In this document: piece after piece, positions 1 through 10,529 of the stretch
Layout of the letters: each line of letters begins with the position of its first letter
Numbering within the stretch: the stretch's first letter is position 1
Assembly (NCBI GenBank): GCA_964057225.1
Contig: OZ059897.1
Location: 17,732,001-17,796,000 of the forward strand
Length of the DNA: 64,000 nucleotides
From: Auanema rhodensis
Taxonomy: Eukaryota > Animalia > Nematoda
Reading direction: 5' to 3'
Made by a program: the position numbers and the translations under genes
The notes under the pieces: model-generated
The model's database searches: none
Told to the model about the DNA's origin: nothing
The model's input: the letters and a program-made list of their open reading frames with translations, nothing else

Positions 1-71
1 CACTATACTACATTGAGAAACGCTTAATACAAAAATTAGTTATGATCGTTTGAAAAATGATGCATTAGTGT

Positions 72-99
72 ATGTTGAGTTTCCATGTACACTCAACAT
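72..99. repeat. Inverted repeat in each monomer: ATGTTGAGT-(10 nt)-ACTCAACAT
   Basis: 72-80 is the exact reverse complement of 91-99. Confidence 0.95.
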
Positions 100-112
100 T
101 GCTTCCAAAAAC

Positions 113-147
113 ATTTTGACAAAAATTTTTTCGAAAAATTTCAAAAT
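113..147. repeat. Imperfect palindrome centred on TTTTTCGAAAAA (127-138), flanked by ATTTTGA/TCAAAAT
   Basis: 127-138 is a perfect 12-bp palindrome, and 113-119 is the reverse complement of 141-147. Confidence 0.9.
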
Positions 148-249
148 AATTTAACAAAAAGTACATTTTTGTAGGTTCCTTTTTTCAAGGCAAAGACGAT
201 GGACAATGTTATCCAACGAAAAAATTAATTCTTCAGGGTGAAAATCGAG

Positions 250-280
250 GATATAAGTGTGAACTTATATCAGTTGATAT
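250..280. repeat. Two overlapping inverted repeats: GATATAAGT-gtga-ACTTATATC (250-271) and ATATCA-gt-TGATAT (267-280)
   Basis: Exact reverse complements read directly from the sequence. Confidence 0.93.
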
Positions 281-281
281 C

Positions 282-348
282 TCGGTGCATTTTTAAGCTA
301 GCGCAAATCTGATAACACAGATCGACGCAGCTTAAAAATCCGCATCGA
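282..348. repeat. Long interrupted stem-loop with an 11-bp core ATTTTTAAGCT/AGCTTAAAAAT
   Basis: 289-299 pairs with 329-339. Inside are GCG/CGC (301-303/326-328) and ATCTG/CAGAT (307-311/318-322) around the loop ATAACA. Outside, TCGGTGC/GCATCGA (282-288/342-348) pairs with one G:T. Confidence 0.9.
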
Positions 349-3300
349 ATGCACTATACTACATTGAGAAACGCTTAATACAAAAATTAGTTATGATCGT
401 TTGAAAAATGATGCATTAGTGTATGTTGAGTTTCCATGTACACACAACATTGCTTCCAAAAACATTTTGACAAAAATTTTTTCGAAAAATTTCAAAATAA
501 TTTAACAAAAAGTAAATTTTTGTAGGTTCCTTTTTTCAAGGCAAAGACGATGGACAATGTTATCCAACGAAAAAATTAATTCTTCAGGGTGAAAATCGAG
601 GATATAAGTGTGAACTTATATCAGTTGATATCTCGGTGCATTTTTAAGCTAGCGCAAATCTGATAACACAGATCGACGCAGCTTAAAAATCCGCATCGAA
701 TGCACTATACTACATTGAGAAACGCTTAATACAAAAATTAGTTATGATCGTTTGAAAAATGATGCATTAGTGTATGTTGAGTTTCCATGTACACTCAACA
801 TTGCTTCCAAAAACATTTTGACAAAAATTTTTTCGAAAAATTTCAAAATAATTTAACAAAAAGTACATTTTTGTAGGTTCCTTTTTTCAAGGCAAAGACG
901 ATGGACAATGTTATCCAACGAAAAAATTAATTCTTCAGGGTGAAAATCGAGGATATAAGTGTGAACTTATATCAGTTGATATCTCGGTGCATTTTTAAGC
1001 TAGCGCAAATCTGATAACACAGATCGACGCAGCTTAAAAATCCGCATCGAATGCACTATACTACATTGAGAAACGCTTAATACAAAATTAGTTATGATCG
1101 TTTGAAAAATGATGCATTAGTGTATGTTGAGTTTCCATGTACACTCAACATTGCTTCCAAAAACATTTTGACAAAAATTTTTTCGAAAAATTTCAAAATA
1201 ATTTAGCAAAAAGTAGATGTTTTTAGATTCCTTTTCTCAAGGCAAAGACGATGGACAATGTTATTCAACGAAAAAATTAATTCTTCAGGGTGAAAATCGA
1301 GGATATAAGTGTGAACTTATATCAGTTGATATATCGGTGCATTTTTAAGCTAGTGCAAATCTGATAACACAGATCGACGCAGCTTAAAAATCCGCATCGA
1401 ATGCACTATACTACATTGAGAAACGCTTAATACAAAAATTAGTTATGATCGTTTGAAAAATGATGCATTAGTGTATGTTGAGTTTCCATGTACACACAAC
1501 ATTGCTTCCAAAAACATTTTGACAAAAATTTTTTCGAAAAATTTCAAAATAATTTAACAAAAAGTACATTTTTGTAGGTTCCTTTTTTCAAGGCAAAGAC
1601 GATGGACAATGTTATCCAACGAAAAAATTAATTCTTCAGGGTGAAAATCGAGGATATAAGTGTGAACTTATATCAGTTGATATCTCGGTGCATTTTTAAG
1701 CTAGCGCAAATCTGATAACACAGATCGACGCAGCTTAAAAATCCGCATCGAATGCACTATACTACATTGAGAAACGCTTAATACAAAAATTAGTTATGAT
1801 CGTTTGAAAAATGATGCATTAGTGTATGTTGAGTTTCCATGTACACACAACATTGCTTCCAAAAACATTTTGACAAAAATTTTTTCGAAAAATTTCAAAA
1901 TAATTTAACAAAAAGTACATTTTTGTAGGTTCCTTTTTTCAAGGCAAAGACGATGGACAATGTTATCCAACGAAAAAATTAATTCTTCAGGGTGAAAATC
2001 GAGGATATAAGTGTGAACTTATATCAGTTGATATCTCGGTGCATTTTTAAGCTAGCGCAAATCTGATAACACAGATCGACGCAGCTTAAAAATCCGCATC
2101 GAATGCACTATACTACATTGAGAAACGCTTAATACAAAAATTAGTTATGATCGTTTGAAAAATGATGCATTAGTGTATGTTGAGTTTCCATGTACACTCA
2201 ACATTGCTTCCAAAAACATTTTGACAAAAATTTTTTCGAAAAATTTCAAAATAATTTAACAAAAAGTACATTTTTGTAGGTTCCTTTTTTCAAGGCAAAG
2301 ACGATGGACAATGTTATCCAACGAAAAAATTAATTCTTCAGGGTGAAAATCGAGGATATAAGTGTGAACTTATATCAGTTGATATCTCGGTGCATTTTTA
2401 AGCTAGCGCAAATCTGAGAACACAGATCGACGCAGCTTAAAAATCCGCATCGAATGCACTATACTACATTGAGAAACGCTTAATACAAAAATTAGTTATG
2501 ATCGTTTGAAAAATGATGCATTAGTGTATGTTGAGTTTCCATGTACACTCAACATTGCTTCCAAAAACATTTTGACAAAAATTTTTTCGAAAAATTTCAA
2601 AATAATTTAGCAAAAAGTAGATGTTTTTAGATTCCTTTTCTCAAGGCAAAGACGATGGACAATGTTATTCAACGAAAAAATTAATTCTTCAGGGTGAAAA
2701 TCGAGGATATAAGTGTGAACTTATATCAGTTGATATCTCGGTGCATTTTTAAGCTAGCGCAAATCTGATAACACAGATCGACGCAGCTCAAAAATCCGCA
2801 TCGAATGCACTGCACTACATTGAGAAACGCTTAATTCAAAAGTTAGTTATGATCGTTTGAAAAATGATGCATTAGTGTATGTTGAGTTTCCATGTACACT
2901 CAACATTGCTTCCAAAAACATTTTGACAAAAATTTTTTCGAAAAATTTCAAAATAATTTAGCAAAAAGTAGATGTTTTTAGATTCCTTTTTTCGAGGCAA
3001 AGACGATGGACAATGTTATTCAACGAAAAAAACAATTCTTCAGGGTGAAAATCGAGGATATAAGTGTGAACTTATATCAGTTGATATATCGGTGCATTTT
3101 TAAGCTAGCGCAAATCTGATAACACAGATCGACGCAGCTTACAAATCCGCATCGAATGCACTATACTACATTGAGAAACGCTCAATACAAAAATTAGTTA
3201 TGATCGTTTGAAAAATGATGCATTAGTGTATGTTGAGTTTCCATGTACACTCAACATTGCTTCCAAAAAAATTTTGACAAAAATTTTTTCCAAAAATTTC

Positions 3301-3860
3301 TAAATAATTTAGCAAAAAGTAGATGTTTTTAGATTCCTTTTTTCAAGGCAAAGACGATGGACAATGTTATTCAACGAAAAAATTAATTCTTCAGGGTGAA
3401 AATCGAGGATATAAGTGTGAACTTATATCAGTTGATATCTCGGTGCATTTTTAAGCTAGCGCAAATCTGATAACACAGATCGACGCAGCTTAAAAATCCG
3501 CATCGAATGCACTATACTACATTGAGAAACGCTTAATACAAAAATTAGTTATGATCGTTTGAAAAATGATGCATTAGTGTATGTTGAGTTTCCATGTACA
3601 CTCAACATTGCTTCCAAAAAAATTTTGACAAAAATTTTTTCCAAAAATTTCTAAATAATTTAGCAAAAAGTAGATGTTTTTAGATTCCTTTTTTCAAGGC
3701 AAAGACGATGGACAATGTTATTCAACGAAAAAATTAATTCTTCAGGGTGAAAATCGAGGATATAAGTGTGAACTTATATCAGTTGATATCTCGGTGCATT
3801 TTTAAGCTAGCGCAAATCTGATAACACAGATCGACGCAGCTTAAAAATCCGCATCGAATG

Positions 3861-6800
3861 CACTATACTACATTGAGAAACGCTTAATACAAAAATTAGT
3901 TATGATCGTTTGAAAAATGATGCATTAGTGTATGTTGAGTTTCCATGTACACTCAACATTGCTTCCAAAAAAATTTTGACAAAAATTTTTTCGAAAAATT
4001 TCAAAATAATTTAGCAAAAAGTAGATGTTTTTAGATTCCTTTTTTCAAGGCAAAAACGATGGACAATGTTATTCAACGAAAAAATTAATTCTTCAGGGTG
4101 AAAATCGAGGATATAAGTGTGAACTTATATCAGTTGATATCTCGGTGCATTTTTAAGCTAGCGCAAATCTGATAACACAGATCGACGCAGCTTAAAAATC
4201 CGCATCGAATGCACTATACTACATTGAGAAACGCTTAATACAAAAATTAGTTATGATCGTTTGAAAAATGATGCATTAGTGTATGTTGAGTTTCCATGTA
4301 CACTCAACATTGCTTCCAAAAAAATTTTGACAAAAATTTTTTCGAAAAATTTCAAAATAATTTAGCAAAAAGTAGATGTTTTTAGATTCCTTTTTTCAAG
4401 GCAAAGACGATGGACAATGTTATTCAACGAAAAAATTAATTCTTCAGGGTGAAAATCGAGGATATAAGTGTGAACTTATATCAGTTGATATCTCGGTGCA
4501 TTTTTAAGCTAGCGCAAATCTGATAACACAGATCGACGCAGCTTAAAAATCCGCATCGAATGCACTATACTACATTGAGAAACGCTTAATACAAAAATTA
4601 GTTATGATCGTTTGAAAAATGATGCATTAGTGTATGTTGAGTTTCCATGTACACTCAACATTGCTTCCAAAAAAATTTTGACAAAAATTTTTTCGAAAAA
4701 TTTCAAAATAATTTAGCAAAAAGTAGATGTTTTTAGATTCCTTTTTTCAAGGCAAAAACGATGGACAATGTTATTCAACGAAAAAATTAATTCTTCAGGG
4801 TGAAAATCGAGGATATAAGTGTGAACTTATATCAGTTGATATCTCGGTGCATTTTTAAGCTAGCGCAAATCTGATAACACAGATCGACGCAGCTTAAAAA
4901 TCCGCATCGAATGCACTATACTACATTGAGAAACGCTTAATACAAAAATTAGTTATGATCGTTTGAAAAATGATGCATTAGTGTATGTTGAGTTTCCATG
5001 TACACTCAACATTGCTTCCAAAAAAATTTTGACAAAAATTTTTTCGAAAAATTTCAAAATAATTTAGCAAAAAGTAGATGTTTTTAGATTCCTTTTTTCA
5101 AGGCAAAAACGATGGACAATGTTATTCAACGAAAAAATTAATTCTTCAGGGTGAAAATCGAGGATATAAGTGTGAACTTATATCAGTTGATATCTCGGTG
5201 CATTTTTAAGCTAGCGCAAATCTGATAACACAGATCGACGCAGCTTAAAAATCCGCATCGAATGCACTATACTACATTGAGAAACGCTTAATACAAAAAT
5301 TAGTTATGATCGTTTGAAAAATGATGCATTAGTGTATGTTGAGTTTCCATGTACACTCAACATTGCTTCCAAAAAAATTTTGACAAAAATTTTTTCGAAA
5401 AATTTCAAAATAATTTAGCAAAAAGTAGATGTTTTTAGATTCCTTTTTTCAAGGCAAAGACGATGGACAATGTTATTCAACGAAAAAATTAATTCTTCAG
5501 GGTGAAAATCGAGGATATAAGTGTGAACTTATATCAGTTGATATCTCGGTGCATTTTTAAGCTAGCGCAAATCTGATAACACAGATCGACGCAGCTTAAA
5601 AATCCGCATCGAATGCACTATACTACATTGAGAAACGCTTAATACAAAAATTAGTTATGATCGTTTGAAAAATGATGCATTAGTGTATGTTGAGTTTCCA
5701 TGTACACTCAACATTGCTTCCAAAAAAATTTTGACAAAAATTTTTTCGAAAAATTTCAAAATAATTTAGCAAAAAGTAGATGTTTTTAGATTCCTTTTTT
5801 CAAGGCAAAAACGATGGACAATGTTATTCAACGAAAAAATTAATTCTTCAGGGTGAAAATCGAGGATATAAGTGTGAACTTATATCAGTTGATATCTCGG
5901 TGCATTTTTAAGCTAGCGCAAATCTGATAACACAGATCGACGCAGCTTAAAAATCCGCATCGAATGCACTATACTACATTGAGAAACGCTTAATACAAAA
6001 ATTAGTTATGATCGTTTGAAAAATGATGCATTAGTGTATGTTGAGTTTCCATGTACACTCAACATTGCTTCCAAAAAAATTTTGACAAAAATTTTTTCGA
6101 AAAATTTCAAAATAATTTAGCAAAAAGTAGATGTTTTTAGATTCCTTTTTTCAAGGCAAAGACGATGGACAATGTTATTCAACGAAAAAATTAATTCTTC
6201 AGGGTGAAAATCGAGGATATAAGTGTGAACTTATATCAGTTGATATCTCGGTGCATTTTTAAGCTAGCGCAAATCTGATAACACAGATCGACGCAGCTTA
6301 AAAATCCGCATCGAATGCACTATACTACATTGAGAAACGCTTAATACAAAAATTAGTTATGATCGTTTGAAAAATGATGCATTAGTGTATGTTGAGTTTC
6401 CATGTACACTCAACATTGCTTCCAAAAAAATTTTGACAAAAATTTTTTCGAAAAATTTCAAAATAATTTAGCAAAAAGTAGATGTTTTTAGATTCCTTTT
6501 TTCAAGGCAAAAACGATGGACAATGTTATTCAACGAAAAAATTAATTCTTCAGGGTGAAAATCGAGGATATAAGTGTGAACTTATATCAGTTGATATCTC
6601 GGTGCATTTTTAAGCTAGCGCAAATCTGATAACACAGATCGACGCAGCTTAAAAATCCGCATCGAATGCACTATACTACATTGAGAAACGCTTAATACAA
6701 AAATTAGTTATGATCGTTTGAAAAATGATGCATTAGTGTATGTTGAGTTTCCATGTACACTCAACATTGCTTCCAAAAAAATTTTGACAAAAATTTTTTC

Positions 6801-9800
6801 GAAAAATTTCAAAATAATTTAGCAAAAAGTAGATGTTTTTAGATTCCTTTTTTCAAGGCAAAGACGATGGACAATGTTATTCAACGAAAAAATTAATTCT
6901 TCAGGGTGAAAATCGAGGATATAAGTGTGAACTTATATCAGTTGATATCTCGGTGCATTTTTAAGCTAGCGCAAATCTGATAACACAGATCGACGCAGCT
7001 TACAAATCCGCATCGAATGCACTATACTACATTGAGAAACGCTCAATACAAAAATTAGTTATGATCGTTTGAAAAATGATGCATTAGTGTATGTTGAGTT
7101 TCCATGTACACTCAACATTGCTTCCAAAAAAATTTTGACAAAAATTTTTTCGAAAAATTTCAAAATAATTTAGCAAAAAGTAGATGTTTTTAGATTCCTT
7201 TTTTCAAGGCAAAAACGATGGACAATGTTATTCAACGAAAAAATTAATTCTTCAGGGTGAAAATCGAGGATATAAGTGTGAACTTATATCAGTTGATATC
7301 TCGGTGCATTTTTAAGCTAGCGCAAATCTGATAACACAGATCGACGCAGCTTAAAAATCCGCATCGAATGCACTATACTACATTGAGAAACGCTTAATAC
7401 AAAAATTAGTTATGATCGTTTGAAAAATGATGCATTAGTGTATGTTGAGTTTCCATGTACACTCAACATTGCTTCCAAAAAAATTTTGACAAAAATTTTT
7501 TCGAAAAATTTCAAAATAATTTAGCAAAAAGTAGATGTTTTTAGATTCCTTTTTTCAAGGCAAAGACGATGGACAATGTTATTCAACGAAAAAATTAATT
7601 CTTCAGGGTGAAAATCGAGGATATAAGTGTGAACTTATATCAGTTGATATCTCGGTGCATTTTTAAGCTAGCGCAAATCTGATAACACAGATCGACGCAG
7701 CTTAAAAATCCGCATCGAATGCACTATACTACATTGAGAAACGCTTAATACAAAAATTAGTTATGATCGTTTGAAAAATGATGCATTAGTGTATGTTGAG
7801 TTTCCATGTACACTCAACATTGCTTCCAAAAAAATTTTGACAAAAATTTTTTCGAAAAATTTCAAAATAATTTAGCAAAAAGTAGATGTTTTTAGATTCC
7901 TTTTTTCAAGGCAAAAACGATGGACAATGTTATTCAACGAAAAAATTAATTCTTCAGGGTGAAAATCGAGGATATAAGTGTGAACTTATATCAGTTGATA
8001 TCTCGGTGCATTTTTAAGCTAGCGCAAATCTGATAACACAGATCGACGCAGCTTAAAAATCCGCATCGAATGCACTATACTACATTGAGAAACGCTTAAT
8101 ACAAAAATTAGTTATGATCGTTTGAAAAATGATGCATTAGTGTATGTTGAGTTTCCATGTACACTCAACATTGCTTCCAAAAAAATTTTGACAAAAATTT
8201 TTTCGAAAAATTTCAAAATAATTTAGCAAAAAGTAGATGTTTTTAGATTCCTTTTTTCAAGGCAAAAACGATGGACAATGTTATTCAACGAAAAAATTAA
8301 TTCTTCAGGGTGAAAATCGAGGATATAAGTGTGAACTTATATCAGTTGATATCTCGGTGCATTTTTAAGCTAGCGCAAATCTGATAACACAGATCGACGC
8401 AGCTTAAAAATCCGCATCGAATGCACTATACTACATTGAGAAACGCTTAATACAAAAATTAGTTATGATCGTTTGAAAAATGATGCATTAGTGTATGTTG
8501 AGTTTCCATGTACACTCAACATTGCTTCCAAAAAAATTTTGACAAAAATTTTTTCGAAAAATTTCAAAATAATTTAGCAAAAAGTAGATGTTTTTAGATT
8601 CCTTTTTTCAAGGCAAAGACGATGGACAATGTTATTCAACGAAAAAATTAATTCTTCAGGGTGAAAATCGAGGATATAAGTGTGAACTTATATCAGTTGA
8701 TATCTCGGTGCATTTTTAAGCTAGCGCAAATCTGATAACACAGATCGACGCAGCTTAAAAATCCGCATCGAATGCACTATACTACATTGAGAAACGCTTA
8801 ATACAAAAATTAGTTATGATCGTTTGAAAAATGATGCATTAGTGTATGTTGAGTTTCCATGTACACTCAACATTGCTTCCAAAAAAATTTTGACAAAAAT
8901 TTTTTCGAAAAATTTCAAAATAATTTAGCAAAAAGTAGATGTTTTTAGATTCCTTTTTTCAAGGCAAAAACGATGGACAATGTTATTCAACGAAAAAATT
9001 AATTCTTCAGGGTGAAAATCGAGGATATAAGTGTGAACTTATATCAGTTGATATCTCGGTGCATTTTTAAGCTAGCGCAAATCTGATAACACAGATCGAC
9101 GCAGCTTAAAAATCCGCATCGAATGCACTATACTACATTGAGAAACGCTTAATACAAAAATTAGTTATGATCGTTTGAAAAATGATGCATTAGTGTATGT
9201 TGAGTTTCCATGTACACTCAACATTGCTTCCAAAAAAATTTTGACAAAAATTTTTTCGAAAAATTTCAAAATAATTTAGCAAAAAGTAGATGTTTTTAGA
9301 TTCCTTTTTTCAAGGCAAAGACGATGGACAATGTTATTCAACGAAAAAATTAATTCTTCAGGGTGAAAATCGAGGATATAAGTGTGAACTTATATCAGTT
9401 GATATCTCGGTGCATTTTTAAGCTAGCGCAAATCTGATAACACAGATCGACGCAGCTTAAAAATCCGCATCGAATGCACTATACTACATTGAGAAACGCT
9501 TAATACAAAAATTAGTTATGATCGTTTGAAAAATGATGCATTAGTGTATGTTGAGTTTCCATGTACACTCAACATTGCTTCCAAAAAAATTTTGACAAAA
9601 ATTTTTTCGAAAAATTTCAAAATAATTTAGCAAAAAGTAGATGTTTTTAGATTCCTTTTTTCAAGGCAAAAACGATGGACAATGTTATTCAACGAAAAAA
9701 TTAATTCTTCAGGGTGAAAATCGAGGATATAAGTGTGAACTTATATCAGTTGATATCTCGGTGCATTTTTAAGCTAGCGCAAATCTGATAACACAGATCG

Positions 9801-10529
9801 ACGCAGCTTAAAAATCCGCATCGAATGCACTATACTACATTGAGAAACGCTTAATACAAAAATTAGTTATGATCGTTTGAAAAATGATGCATTAGTGTAT
9901 GTTGAGTTTCCATGTACACTCAACATTGCTTCCAAAAAAATTTTGACAAAAATTTTTTCGAAAAATTTCAAAATAATTTAGCAAAAAGTAGATGTTTTTA
10001 GATTCCTTTTTTCAAGGCAAAGACGATGGACAATGTTATTCAACGAAAAAATTAATTCTTCAGGGTGAAAATCGAGGATATAAGTGTGAACTTATATCAG
10101 TTGATATCTCGGTGCATTTTTAAGCTAGCGCAAATCTGATAACACAGATCGACGCAGCTTAAAAATCCGCATCGAATGCACTATACTACATTGAGAAACG
10201 CTTAATACAAAAATTAGTTATGATCGTTTGAAAAATGATGCATTAGTGTATGTTGAGTTTCCATGTACACTCAACATTGCTTCCAAAAAAATTTTGACAA
10301 AAATTTTTTCGAAAAATTTCAAAATAATTTAGCAAAAAGTAGATGTTTTTAGATTCCTTTTTTCAAGGCAAAAACGATGGACAATGTTATTCAACGAAAA
10401 AATTAATTCTTCAGGGTGAAAATCGAGGATATAAGTGTGAACTTATATCAGTTGATATCTCGGTGCATTTTTAAGCTAGCGCAAATCTGATAACACAGAT
10501 CGACGCAGGTTAAAAATCCGCATCGAATG
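3861..10529 (+). repeat. Highly homogeneous sub-array of 19 monomers with a near-alternating 2-mer (702-bp) pattern
   Basis: Monomer position 195 (caaaAacgat vs caaaGacgat) reads A G A A G A G A G A G A A G A G A G A. The units are otherwise almost identical. Confidence 0.88.

Larger units (their letters stand above)
1..351 (+). repeat. Representative 351-bp monomer (arbitrary phase)
   Basis: Direct comparison with 352-702 and 703-1053. Hand count gives 55 C, 56 G and 12 CpG, with many A/T tracts of 4-6 nt. Confidence 0.98.

Noticed and set aside
129-145. CENP-B box-like motif (TTCG....A)
   Set aside because: It lacks the required CGGG half of the box.
180-240. Hammerhead ribozyme on the minus strand (CTGAAGA, or CTGATGA in the ttcAtc variant, followed later by GAAA), as known in some newt, cricket and schistosome satellites
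   Set aside because: I could not form stem II between CTGANGA and GAAA, nor stems I and III around an NUH site. An Infernal search with the Rfam hammerhead models would settle it.
51-260. Internal dimer structure (tgaaaaatgatgcattagtgt at 51-71 vs tgaaaatcgaggatataagtgt at 239-260, each next to a 9-bp hairpin)
   Set aside because: The similarity is short and AT-rich, the spacing is asymmetric (188/163), and it does not extend by eye. It is not enough to claim an ancestral ~175-bp subunit.
282-351. tRNA, 5S rRNA or snRNA tandem gene, Helitron 3' end (hairpin plus CTAG at 298-301), or rho-independent terminator
   Set aside because: There is no cloverleaf, no A/B boxes and no recognisable RNA-gene sequence. 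The CTAG lies inside the stem rather than downstream of a GC-rich hairpin, and there is no gene context for a terminator.
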